A DNA stretch of 64,000 nucleotides, from positions 3,832,884 to 3,896,883 of the forward strand of contig MU004231.1 in NCBI GenBank assembly GCA_010405405.1, given 5' to 3'. Source of the DNA: Microthyrium microscopicum (lineage: Eukaryota). Shown here in pieces: positions 24,022 through 34,876 of this stretch. Position numbers and translations under genes: made by a program. How positions within the stretch are numbered: position 1 is the first letter of the stretch; each line of letters starts with the position of its first letter. The notes below the pieces were generated by a model. The model made no database searches. It worked only from the letters and a program-made list of their open reading frames with translations, and was not told where the DNA came from.

Positions 24022-25039
24022 ATGGCAGAACACAGATTTGATCCCAACTTCACCCAAAATGTCATCAATGCCATTGGCCCAAAGGCGACACCACGAACTC
24101 GTGAGGTGTTCACGGCGCTCTTCAAGCATGTTCATGACTTTGCGCGAGAGGTGGAACTTACTATGGACGAGTGGCAACAGGGAATGCAGTTCCTTGATGA
24201 AGTAGGACACATCTACTTTACTTCCAACAAGACAAGACATGAGATGCATCGAATTTCGGACGTCATTGGACTAGAAAGGTGAATGGCAAAGCATCGCATA
24301 ACTTTGAAGTCGAAACTGACGTATAGCAGCCTAGTCGATGAAATCGCGCATACACATGCCTCAGAATCCGGAGCAGCACCAACAAGTAGTTCGATTCTAG
24401 GACCTTTCTGGTCACCAAACGCTCCATTCAGAGAACTTGGTGATAGTGTGATACAAGACTCTCACAAAGGGCAAGTATCTTATCTATATGGAAAAGTTAC
24501 CGACATGGAAACTGGAGAGCCTATAGCCAACGCTATCGTGGATATGTGGCAAGCTTCTTCTAATGGAAAGTACGATTTCCAGGATCCTGATAACCAGAGC
24601 CCAAACAACTTGCGAGGAAAGTTTCGAACCAATGCCGAGGGAAACTATTACTATTATGGACTCAAACCAACCGCCTATTCACTTCCAACAGACGGTAAGC
24701 CAGTGAAACCTTTCTGACATCCAGCATCAATGTCTGACGTACGATATAGGTCCATCATGGCAGATGTTGCAAGCACTCGATCGTCATCCAATGCGTCCCG
24801 CCCATATTCATATGACCGTCTCCGCCGATGGCTATCGCGCAGTAACTACACAAATCTACCCCAAAGACGATCCATGGTTAGAAACAGACACTGTGTTTGC
24901 TGTGAAGGATGATCTTGTCCGAGATTTCGTCGCTCGCGAAGGTGACGCAAAGGCACAAATACAAATGTACATGGACTTTAAGCTTGCACCAGCTCCAACA
25001 AATGGAGTAAACGGTCAGAATGGAGCAAACGGCCACTAG
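24022..25039 (+). CDS. prcA: Intradiol ring-cleavage dioxygenase, fungal protocatechuate 3,4-dioxygenase type, 3 exons
   Basis: [71 protein letters not shown] (Tyr/Tyr/His/His iron ligands) and FAVKDDL. These N-terminal and GPFWSPNAP motifs match Aspergillus PrcA as recalled. Confidence 0.88.
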
Positions 25040-25199
25040 ATACGGACGAAGAGTCATGAAAGAATATTTCATTGTAATTTCTTAGCCAAACAAGCATTAG
25101 GTTTAGAGACGCGAGTACTCCCAGTGCTACACGTGCTAATATGTCGATATAGACGACTCTGAAAGCAAACACTACGTACGATAAAGAAGAAATTAGCCA

Positions 25200-28166
25200 T
25201 TAACCTCCCATGTAAAACCCATTCTCGTCATATAAGCTCGCGGGAGTTGCCTGAGTACTTGGAGGTATTACTTTCACCGTCATTGGTGTCAGCGCTTTGG
25301 ATGCTTTGCTGTTGCCAGGTTCCACCAGCTTTGCTTTGACGGGCGTTAGCCTTTTTGCTTCATCAGTGAAACCCCAGAAGCCCTCCCCGTCTTCCCAGAC
25401 TGAGAAATCACTCGGCTTCTTTGCTGTTGACTGTGTATTGATGGAGCTCGAGTGTACTTTTCCATCCAAGCCGTTTCCAGTCGTCTTGAGATCACTCAAG
25501 TCTCCTGTTGTTTCATCTAGCTCTTTTACACCTTGTAAGAAGTCACCACCCAGAGAGGAATGCATCTCCAAGTCAGTCATATCTCGATTGTCAGCAAGCA
25601 TTAGATCAATCTCCGACTGATAGTCCATAGTGCCTCCGAAAATATGTGCGCTTGTGAGACTATCCCAGCTCTCACAACGATTGCTATTCATTGGCACTGG
25701 ACTCCCATTTCGGTCTGTCATGTGTAAATATCGCCTTGCAGCTTGTAATTCGGGCCTTTGAGAATCTCTTCTAGCTGAGCTGTTCATTCGGCGAAGAAGA
25801 GCCACTGAATCTCGGACTGGAGATGGCTCTTGTGCAAGAATTTCCTTAACACCAGACGCCAAAGAGAACTCGTTAGCTGGTGTCGAAGGGGCCATTTGAT
25901 CACTCGATCTATGGTTTTCTGCACGGTTATTGAAAACATGTGGATCTGAGCTTTGTGATCGAGTTGGTGGATAGAGAGTTGCTGGAGACTCGCCCTGACG
26001 CGAGCTAGAATGCGATTGCCCTGGATTTGATGCTTTCAGAGCGTTAGATGGTGCTCTTTGACAATCTGAAAAGTCCAATATCATCTCCCCCGTCTGCAAT
26101 GTACGCAAAGTCACATCAACCTGCTCGTCCTTGGCCTGCTCCGTAGCTTTTGAATCTTTTGCCCCAGCGTTATCAGCTGTCCGAACTGTTTGTTTTCTTG
26201 GCGAGATTGGCCGAGCTAGTATTTGGAATTCAGGCGGGATAGATGTTCTGTCGGACGTGTCGGTCACAGGGGCGGTGAATGAGAAAGCAGTCCCTGCGCT
26301 TTGTAGTGTAAATGTCGAAATAGATACACCTAGGGACTCAAGGCCTGGACTGGATGTCGAATTTGATACATAAGACGTTGCCGGTTCTGGTGCAAGTCCA
26401 AGCTCTCTAGAAGACAAATCTTGAAGATAGTTGACCAGACCTATATCTCCAGAGCTTGATGTCAAGGACGCGCGCAGTGAGGTTGGCCTGGTTGAAATTT
26501 CGGGAGCAAATGTAGATATACTAGGAGGCCTAGGAAGCGACCTGGGTCTCAGTCGGGAAACTCCTGTCGAGCTGCGTTTGCTCATTATTGTCGTTGACTG
26601 TGAGTCTTCTTCAAGTATATCGGCCATAGAAGGTGTAGGTGAGCGTGCTCGATTGATTATCGTCGGTGGTACTGATATACGCACACAATTCTGTCTTCGA
26701 TGACCCCGTCGAGAGTTCGGGCTTCCTTTGATCGCTGATGGTTTAGATGGTCGCGGTGACGGATCCCATTGAAATGGATTTCCATTACTACTTCGAGTTG
26801 ATGAGAGTCGATGAGAATCTGGAGATCGTCTGCCACTGCCACTTGGATATTGCTTTGGAGACGAATCATTGCTCATGTATGAGGCCGGTCGCTTTTTAGG
26901 GGAACCCTGAGGAGTCGACCAAGTTTCTTCCCGCCTGTCAAGCACAGACTTTGGCCATCGCTGTTGGCTATTTCTCTGTTGTGAGTGAGAAGATTGATGC
27001 TGTTCATTGCTAGTATCCGATGATTCTGGAACACCAATGAAGCTATATCGGCCTTCGAAACTATGAATTGATGGCATTGAGCTCAATGATTTATGATCGG
27101 TCCATGAAATAGAGTGATTGTGTAGGCTCTTGGTTTTGCGAAGAGGTCGTGAACTCAAGATAAGTGAATTCTTATACTCTCGATTTGCTCCGTTTCGAAG
27201 CCTCAAACTGGCAGATCTGGTGACCCTTGGGCTGCCAATTAAAACCGAGCTACCAACAGAGTCGATGCTCGACACGGATTGACGAGATGATGAGGTGGGT
27301 AGAGCCCAGCTTTTTGGACGTGGCGCAGCGGATATTCTCTTCACTGCTAATGGAAGCGGAGGGACAGGATCTTCAGGCGCATTGCCCGGATTTTGGCTGC
27401 CAAGACTGATGGATCTTGAATGAAGAAGTGGTCGTATTGAATCTCTTGATCGTGTGTTCTTTTCGAGGCTTGCTGAAGCACCAGCTACAGTCTGTGCTCT
27501 ATTTTTTCTCACAACTAATGGGCTCGGATTCGGTATGCCACCAACAGAGCTGAAGAGAGGTCGAGGACACAGACTGTTCTCGGTAGTCTGAAAAATATCT
27601 AATGGGAACTTTGGTAGCTCATTAGAATGAAAAGAGTGTGTGTTCGTATCTTTGTTATAATTCGCTAGTTGATACGATTCTCGAATAGAAGAAGGCGGTG
27701 ATGGTGAAGACGACAGACCCATTATTCCACTGGGGCTTTCCAAAACTGCCGACAGGTGGCGTGAAGCCACGATACCAGAAGAGGACTGATTGTTCGCCAT
27801 AGTTTTCCGAGCCGTCGTAAGGCTTCCCGGCCGTTTTGGCCAAGTGTGGATAGTTGGATTTATGGTGCCCATACTCATGGTTGGATTTGCGATGCTATCG
27901 GTAGATGATATTTGAGTCCAGTCTGTCTTGCCTAGCTTTCCAACTTGATATTTCCGAAGAACTCTCGGGCGCCCTGAGCGCGTTTTGTTGTCTTCAACGA
28001 ATCCATTTGTTAGACTTATGCCTTGGCTTTCAAGGTCTCGAAGGAGATGCCGATGATTTGTAATAAGACGAACAAGAAGATAACCCAAAGCGCAGAAGGC
28101 ACCAAGAATTACGGCGGCGGTCACGGATAGTGTGGCGATAGTTCCGGTGCTTAGACTTTGCGACAT
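25200..28166 (-). CDS. Large Ser/Pro-rich disordered protein with an N-terminal TM anchor
   Basis: Uninterrupted frame of more than 980 codons. Probable ATG at 28166 (MSQSLSTGTIATLSVTAAVILGAFCALGYLLVRL). Conserved-looking islands NGNPFQWD, SAIKGSPNSRRGHRRQNCVRIS, LLRRMNS and TPASLYDENGF. Confidence 0.8.
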   Translation of the reverse strand: MSQSLSTGTIATLSVTAAVILGAFCALGYLLVRLITNHRHLLRDLESQGISLTNGFVEDNKTRSGRPRVLRKYQVGKLGKTDWTQISSTDSIANPTMSMGTINPTIHTWPKRPGSLTTARKTMANNQSSSGIVASRHLSAVLESPSGIMGLSSSPSPPSSIRESYQLANYNKDTNTHSFHSNELPKFPLDIFQTTENSLCPRPLFSSVGGIPNPSPLVVRKNRAQTVAGASASLEKNTRSRDSIRPLLHSRSISLGSQNPGNAPEDPVPPLPLAVKRISAAPRPKSWALPTSSSRQSVSSIDSVGSSVLIGSPRVTRSASLRLRNGANREYKNSLILSSRPLRKTKSLHNHSISWTDHKSLSSMPSIHSFEGRYSFIGVPESSDTSNEQHQSSHSQQRNSQQRWPKSVLDRREETWSTPQGSPKKRPASYMSNDSSPKQYPSGSGRRSPDSHRLSSTRSSNGNPFQWDPSPRPSKPSAIKGSPNSRRGHRRQNCVRISVPPTIINRARSPTPSMADILEEDSQSTTIMSKRSSTGVSRLRPRSLPRPPSISTFAPEISTRPTSLRASLTSSSGDIGLVNYLQDLSSRELGLAPEPATSYVSNSTSSPGLESLGVSISTFTLQSAGTAFSFTAPVTDTSDRTSIPPEFQILARPISPRKQTVRTADNAGAKDSKATEQAKDEQVDVTLRTLQTGEMILDFSDCQRAPSNALKASNPGQSHSSSRQGESPATLYPPTRSQSSDPHVFNNRAENHRSSDQMAPSTPANEFSLASGVKEILAQEPSPVRDSVALLRRMNSSARRDSQRPELQAARRYLHMTDRNGSPVPMNSNRCESWDSLTSAHIFGGTMDYQSEIDLMLADNRDMTDLEMHSSLGGDFLQGVKELDETTGDLSDLKTTGNGLDGKVHSSSINTQSTAKKPSDFSVWEDGEGFWGFTDEAKRLTPVKAKLVEPGNSKASKALTPMTVKVIPPSTQATPASLYDENGFYMGG

Positions 28167-28596
28167 GGTGGAGTCTGCTGGCGTCCGTAATATATCCAAA
28201 AAGGCTCCTCCTGACGGGAATGGCGAAAATAGACCGAATGTTTCTCGATGGTTGTGAAAGTTTGGAGTTTCTGATCTTTTCCCTTCATTAGGGTCAATTT
28301 GCACTAGACGCGGCTAAATGTGGCGTGTTTTGATTTTGGTGGTGTTGGTCTGGTATGCTGCTGTTCAAACAAAGGCGAACATGCAAGGAGCAAGACGAAG
28401 GAATGGATACACGTCCATGGCCAGTTTCTTTTCCCCCAAACCTCTTGTTGTACTTGCTTTCATTTTCATTTTCAGTAGACCATGTAGAAGATGTTAGGAA
28501 GTGTAAAATTTGATATTAAAGGGAGCTGTAAAAGGAGAAAGGGTACTATTAGATGGATGCAATGTTTGCTCATTCATCGACACCTAAGCTTCACTG

Positions 28597-29805
28597 TTAT
28601 ACGAAACCGTCAATTTGATCTCGCCTAGAAATCATGGAAGTGACTGGGTGTAATGAATGGTCATCCTTTCCATCGTTGGTCACCGGTTTAGTCAACTCGT
28701 CTCCAAACGGGTGGGTGAAAACAATTTTGTCTTCTACTGGACCAGTCACCGACTGGACAGCGCCATCAGACTTGGATCTTTCAGGTAGATTGACTGTTTC
28801 GTTGTGAGGATCTGACTTGTTTCCGTAGACATTCGTAGACAGACTTGTCTGGCGGTTTATGGACTGTCTTTTCTTCCAGCTGTTTACTCGTAAGAATGAC
28901 AACACTGATGGTCGCTTGCGTTTTTGTGACCCTTCCTCAGACGTTGCTTGATCCTCAGAAGTCCTCGAAGGGATACTCAACTCGCTCTTGCGATGCTGTT
29001 TGCCCATATTTGCCTGAAGCAGGGAGGTTTGTTGGTCTTTGTGTAAAGGATGAAATCTTTCCATTGCTTCTTGATAGCTGTCCTGCCATTGCTTGTTGAG
29101 ATAAGCCAAAGCACCATCAGTAGTGGCTGAAAACTCAGGGTAATCGTCTTGACATGAGTCCTTGATAAGTCGAAGCTTGGAACCGTCGTTAGCGGCTTTG
29201 TTGCGATCAAAAACCGGATGCCATCCCATCGCCTTGATGTCGTACTGAACGGCACGATTGATCCGATCGTTATTATCCATGGCTTCAATCACGTCGTCGA
29301 CACAACCACGGACTTTGTTGATATAGTCCTGAAATTTAACATTGTCCGTGATAATCCAGTGATGGTTCGTTGCGACTTTGGTGTGAGAGCGAACCAGACT
29401 CAAATACTGCTCTCTGAAAGCTTCTAATCTTGTCGAATCAAGCGCTGGCTCCGGACTATTGATAATTTTCTTTGAAGGACTGAGTCCATAGGTATGAGAG
29501 AGAGATTCTTTGTCCAGACTTGAAGGACCATGGGTGATTTGCTTTAGTGCTGTCTCGATCCGAATTCGATTGGTTTCATCGTCAATGCGCGAGTCTCGGA
29601 AATCATCTTCAGCGCAGATGCCAACAAATTGACCCCATGCAAGAAGTCTAGCTTGTTGTATGCCCAGTTTGGTAAGTAATAGCTTTTGAGGTCGATCCCA
29701 CTCTTTTTTGCCTTGGTGAAACGTGCCAAAGGACTCGATGCAATCTCCAAATAGGTGTGCCATCTGAAGAGCATTGTTGCTCTTGTTGTTGGGCGTTTCT
29801 TTCAT
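28597..29805 (-). CDS. HeLo (prion-inhibition and propagation) domain protein
   Basis: LFGDCIESFGTF...LLLTKLGIQQARLLAWGQFVGI and later HWIITDNVKFQDYINKVRGCVDDV fit the HeLo helical domain pattern. Low-complexity C-terminus. Confidence 0.75.
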   Translation of the reverse strand: MKETPNNKSNNALQMAHLFGDCIESFGTFHQGKKEWDRPQKLLLTKLGIQQARLLAWGQFVGICAEDDFRDSRIDDETNRIRIETALKQITHGPSSLDKESLSHTYGLSPSKKIINSPEPALDSTRLEAFREQYLSLVRSHTKVATNHHWIITDNVKFQDYINKVRGCVDDVIEAMDNNDRINRAVQYDIKAMGWHPVFDRNKAANDGSKLRLIKDSCQDDYPEFSATTDGALAYLNKQWQDSYQEAMERFHPLHKDQQTSLLQANMGKQHRKSELSIPSRTSEDQATSEEGSQKRKRPSVLSFLRVNSWKKRQSINRQTSLSTNVYGNKSDPHNETVNLPERSKSDGAVQSVTGPVEDKIVFTHPFGDELTKPVTNDGKDDHSLHPVTSMISRRDQIDGFV

Positions 29806-30763
29806 TGTTAAATAAGAAGGAAGGGGCAAAAGGTTAACGAAAATTTGCAGGGTGGAGACTGGCAAGAAAAAAGCCGTAGTATTAGTACCTGCTACAAGCT
29901 TCCGGTCCACATTCTTCAGGAGTTGTCTAGATAATGCTTAGGACAAGTTTGGCTTGATTAAAGAGTAGTTTCTTCACCGATGATAGAGGAGCGCTGAGCT
30001 ATTTGTTTTAGTAAATGTCACCTGGCTAATAATACCTTATGGTCTGGTGCGGGGTGCAGCAGCCGTTGATCGTTGATGGGTTTGGTGTGCCTCAACATAA
30101 TGTTGAATCGATCCGAGTACGGATAGTCCCTGGCCGGCGGCCACTGACATCAAATGCTGTATGCATAACTTTGGCCAATCGTAGATTCTGAAAAGCCTTG
30201 CCAAGTCCAATAATGTCATTGCTGTGCTCAAGCTATACCTCGCTATCACCGAGCCAGGTATTTCTAGGCACCGCAAAGTGCATCAATTGGATGAATTGAG
30301 ACAACCTTGAATGATTTCCATATCGGATCCGAATTGGTTCATCGTGCTACTGTAAGCTCTAGAGGTGCCATCGGAAGACAGTAGAAAGGTCAATGATGAG
30401 GAAAGATCTTGATGAGAACACGAAGGGAACCAAGGAGTGGACAGGAGTTGTGGGAGCACAGGAGCAAAGTCAAGCAAAGCAAAAAGCTGGAATTTTCTTG
30501 GCATATATTCTAGTCACGTGAACACGCAGTCATGCAAAGGAAATCATTGGCGTCAGACCCGCTTTGACGCGTTGCTCCACGTCTTGTGGTCTCAGAGAGT
30601 CAGAGCCCAGGTCTCAACTCTTCACAGCTCCACTTTGATATTCCTGCACCATTATACTAGTGCTCTGTCTACATTTAATTGACCTCCAACTTTTGATCCG
30701 ATGGCATGCAAATTGCAGCGCTATAAACACTTGCTGTCTCAACTTCCTGGATAACCCTCACTC

Positions 30764-32686
30764 ATGTCTTCACCACAGTACACTTCCTCGCCTCCAGCCT
30801 CCAATCCGCTGGAGGGTCGAAGGAGATCCAAATTTACGTTCAAACATTTGAACCAGCTGTCTACATACTCTACAACTACTCCTCTGCGAACCATTGCTCA
30901 TGTCGACCTTGATGCCTTTTATGCGCAATGCGAAATGGTGCGCTTGGGCGTTGCAAGAGATCAGCCACTCGCCGTGCAACAATGGGGCGCATTGATCGCC
31001 ATCAATTATCCTTCCCGAAAGTTTGGACTGACAAGACACATAACCGCCGCCGAAGCAAAGAAGCTCTGTCCAAATATAGTCTGTCAGCATGTGGCGACGT
31101 GGAGAGAAGGAGATGATACTTGGGCATACCACGATGACGCCTTCAAGAACATGGGCACACACAAGGTCTCCTTAGACCCATATCGACGTGAAAGTAAGAA
31201 AATACTGGCCACCATCAAGGAATCCCTACCTCCTCCACCACTACAACGAGTGGAAAAAGCCGGTATCGATGAAGTGTTTATCGACATGTCAGCTCAGATT
31301 CACTCGATCCTACTCGAGCGATATCCAGAACTCGCAAGACTTCCTCCGTACGATGATCTTACCGAGAACTTACCTTGGCCATCTCAATCTACTATCAACT
31401 GGGAAGCGGACGCACTGGTAGATCTCGAAGCAGAAGAGCTAGAATCAGACGATCCTGATTGGGACGACATTTGTTTGTCTATCGGTGCGGAAATCATACG
31501 GCATGTTCGCAAAGGTGTATGGGATGCCCTACATTATACTTGTTCTGGCGGTGTAGCTCGCAACAAGATGCTTGCTAAACTGGGGTCGGGCTTTAATAAA
31601 CCAAACAAGCAGACTGTCATTCGCACTCGTGCGATACAAAAGTTCTTGAATGACTTCAAATTCACCAAGATCCGGAACCTTGGAGGCAAGCTTGGAGATG
31701 AAATCGTGGCCGCTTTTGGCACTGACTTGGTCAAAGAGTTGTGTGATGTGCCGGTTGAGCAGTTGCAAAAGCTGGGCGATGATACTGGAGTTTGGCTGTA
31801 CAATACGCTTCGAGGAATCGATAGTTCCGAGGTCAACTCTAGGACGCAAGTTAAAAGCATGCTTTCAGCTAAATCTTTTCGACCTTCAATAAACACCTTC
31901 GAACAAGGAGTGCGCTGGCTACGAATATTTGCTGCAGACATCTTCAGTCGTTGTGTTGAAGAGGGCGTGCTCGAAAACAAGAGGAAGCCAAAGACCATTA
32001 CGCTCCATCATAGACAAGGAGGAACAACCAAGTCGAAGCAAGCTTTGATACCGCAAGGCGGGCTAATCAGCGAGGAGCTCATATTTGACTTGGCTAAAAG
32101 TCTCTTGGCTCAAATAGTTGTCGATGGTCGCGCATGGCCTTGTAGCAACCTATCGCTCAGTGCTGGTGGTTTCGAAGACACAATAACTGGAAATATGGGC
32201 ATCAAGGGTTTTCTCGTCACTGGTGGCCAGAGACCAACCAAAGAAGTCGTTGATAGTTCCGAGGCCTCCGACTCAGAAGAAGAGCCGCCAACAGCGAAAC
32301 GGCAGAAGATAGATGTTGATGACGGAATACGAAGATTCTTTGCCCACCCTTCTGAAGCAGCCACTTCCACTCACAATGAGAATCAAGCAACTCAGGCCAG
32401 GTTTCCTACTGAGACGGACGTGTTGGATGGTATTTATATTTGCAAGAAGTGCTCCAAACCCATTCTACAAAGTGACGCTGGGGAGCATGAGGATTGGCAT
32501 TTCGCGAAGAATTTAGAAAATGAGCTACGACAGGAACCACGCCCTGCGCCGGTCCATCAAGTGGAGAGCCATGCGAAGGAAAAGGTAAAAGAAAAGACCA
32601 AGACCAAGAGAACAGCTGGTCAAGGCCATCAATCGACTGAGAAGGTTGAGAAAGGCCAACAACGCTTGAGGTTTGGCAATGGATGA
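30764..32686 (+). CDS. rad30: DNA polymerase eta (Y-family translesion polymerase)
   Basis: AHVDLDAFYAQCE, AVQQW, IAINYPSR, KVSLDPYRRES, EKAGIDEVFID, NKMLAKLGSGFNKPNKQT, IRNLGGKLG. UBZ zinc finger CKKC...EHEDWHFAKNL and C-terminal PIP-like QQRLRF. Confidence 0.95.
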   Translation: MSSPQYTSSPPASNPLEGRRRSKFTFKHLNQLSTYSTTTPLRTIAHVDLDAFYAQCEMVRLGVARDQPLAVQQWGALIAINYPSRKFGLTRHITAAEAKKLCPNIVCQHVATWREGDDTWAYHDDAFKNMGTHKVSLDPYRRESKKILATIKESLPPPPLQRVEKAGIDEVFIDMSAQIHSILLERYPELARLPPYDDLTENLPWPSQSTINWEADALVDLEAEELESDDPDWDDICLSIGAEIIRHVRKGVWDALHYTCSGGVARNKMLAKLGSGFNKPNKQTVIRTRAIQKFLNDFKFTKIRNLGGKLGDEIVAAFGTDLVKELCDVPVEQLQKLGDDTGVWLYNTLRGIDSSEVNSRTQVKSMLSAKSFRPSINTFEQGVRWLRIFAADIFSRCVEEGVLENKRKPKTITLHHRQGGTTKSKQALIPQGGLISEELIFDLAKSLLAQIVVDGRAWPCSNLSLSAGGFEDTITGNMGIKGFLVTGGQRPTKEVVDSSEASDSEEEPPTAKRQKIDVDDGIRRFFAHPSEAATSTHNENQATQARFPTETDVLDGIYICKKCSKPILQSDAGEHEDWHFAKNLENELRQEPRPAPVHQVESHAKEKVKEKTKTKRTAGQGHQSTEKVEKGQQRLRFGNG

Positions 32687-33372
32687 GGCCGATAGGTTAA
32701 CCCAGAGAGCGAATGTGACGTTTGTTCTGTAGGAAACCCGGTATTCTATAAAGTAAGTACCCTTTTACACTATATTTTGATTATTGTAACTCGATTTCTG
32801 CAATTTTCACTGAAAATTGCCTAAAGAGCCTGACTCATTTTGCGTTAAGCCCCTCCGAAAACCTGGTTTCAAGACTTATGAGAAAACTCACAGGTCTTGG
32901 TTCTTCAATACCGAGGTTTGAACAGCATCGTCCCAATGTCATTGATGGGCATGAAGCATATTGCCATTTTGAGAAAGGAGCTATTTCACCACTTCCCATT
33001 TGGGTATAAAACGACCAAATCAAGCTCTGATTCGGTAAACGCAGCTTCTCAATCTAGCCTGAGGGCTCACGCTCTCAACTTTCGCGATGGTCGTCTCCCA
33101 GGCTGGTAGCTTCGTGGATCCTTCTCTTCTAGGGAACACCAACCTTTTGAAGGTCTATAAGAACCATCCTTCTCCTCCACTTCTCTCAAACATCTTCTTC
33201 CTCCATCACACAACTTTCTGCGAAACCTACAGCAAGTCTCACAAAACTTGCCTATATTCAATCCTCCAAACAAACCAATCAGCGTAAGTCGATTGGGTAT
33301 AGACCATCAATACCATGATTGGCTAACATCGTGATATACTAGCCACCAGCAATCCTTAAACAACTCCGCGAA

Positions 33373-33887
33373 ATGTCCAACCCAACTCCTGCTCTGTCGT
33401 GGAAAAAGGCGATGGCAAAAGGTCTCCTGTCTCAAAAAGAGATGGAGCGCTTCACTCAGGTTGCCCTCGCATTGGGCAAATTCCCAGAAGTAAGTGGCTT
33501 CCTCACCTGCTGAACCCAACACTTAACAGATGTTAGGGTGTTGATTGGGACGCTTTGGCGAAAGAGATGGGCAACACTGTCGGCTCCTACAAGGTAATGG
33601 TTGGTGCCACATTTACCAAGTTGCGCCGCAACAACTGCTTTCTTGGAGGTCCAGACGTGGACAATGACGAAAACGGCGCCGACTGCATTGCGCCCGCAAA
33701 GAAAGGTGGACGCAAGCGAGCCGCCGCTACAGATGGTGAGGGAGCACCAGCAACCAAGAAGCGTGCTTCTAAGAAGAAGGCTGCTAAGATCGAGGCGGTT
33801 CCAGAGGATGCGGAAAACGAAGGCAGTGGTGATGGCCAGGATCAAGGCCTAGCGGTCAAAATGGAACCTGAAGAGCATGAAGTTTGA
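33373..33887 (+). CDS. Small basic protein with Myb/SANT-like helical N-terminus and K/R-rich tail, 2 coding exons
   Basis: ATG at 33373 (MSNPTPALSWKKAMAKG...LGKFPE). Intron GTAAGT 33490-33536 joins in frame to GVDWDALAKEMGNTVGSYKVMVGATFTKL. Tail PAKKGGRKRAA...KKRASKKK...VKMEPEE. Confidence 0.65.
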
Positions 33888-34876
33888 AGAGCGGCTCCAT
33901 GATCCTCTTGGATAACGATGATTAATGCTGAAAGTCTCGTTTCTATGGTCTCTCACAACGAGGATGAAACCTGGGTGGACCACAAGTTATTAGGTTTGAC
34001 TGCTGGAAATTTGAGACCTTTGAACCTACTGAACTTTACCTTTAATGCCCAGTTTCTGTGAATGAATGATATAAACTTGTTGTTGTACCAAACCAGCCAA
34101 CAGTGAAGGTTGGATGTTGGGCGCAAGTGGTGAACTATTACCATCAGTACTACTACTCTAGTAGTACTCGTACGAGATGATTCTAGCCAATGATGATGAA
34201 CGATCATAACCATGGCGAGGATCGAAGTGCCATGCAGATGGGTAGCAGGGAGAGCACCCAATCATGCGCACACAAGAGAAAAGCTACCAGACCAATTGCC
34301 TTAGATTGGGCGGAGAGCAAAATCGATATGCACTTCCATGCAAGAAGCCGTTTATTCCACGACGGCGCTCTGCATCAGGCTCGAGTCTTTACAAACAGGC
34401 CTCGACGGCATGTGTGAGCGTCCAACGGGCTGTTGACAACTCAACGCCATCTGCACGAGATTTGACTTAGTAGCTGAACACGCCCATGGTCCATTCAGCT
34501 AATCCTGCGTCTCACTGCATCGCAAAAACCCCGCAACCTTACTCTTGCTTTTGTATATTTGTTTTCTCCGAGTCGTTCTGAATACTAGCATGGTCTTGTT
34601 CTGATTGCCTATTTGTCTATAGCCTGCACACGAGACTTGCGACTGCTGCGCGCGCTTCACTCTTGCTGGCGCTGATCCTCGTCTGATGCAGTTACTTCTG
34701 CACTCTTCACCTACATCCTGCGAGTCTATTCTTCCGTCTCATCTGTAATCGCCTCCGGAGTGCAGTAATTTCTTCTGGCTACATGCCAACTGCGTTTGAC
34801 TTCTCGTTGACTCTGCAAGCGTTGGCCTCTCCCTGAGCCGCAGCCATTCGTCCTATCTCCATCCATCGAGTCGATC

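Noticed and set aside
30764..32686. Possible Eso1-type Pol eta-acetyltransferase fusion
   Set aside because: The protein ends after the UBZ finger and PIP-like motif; there is no Eco1 domain.
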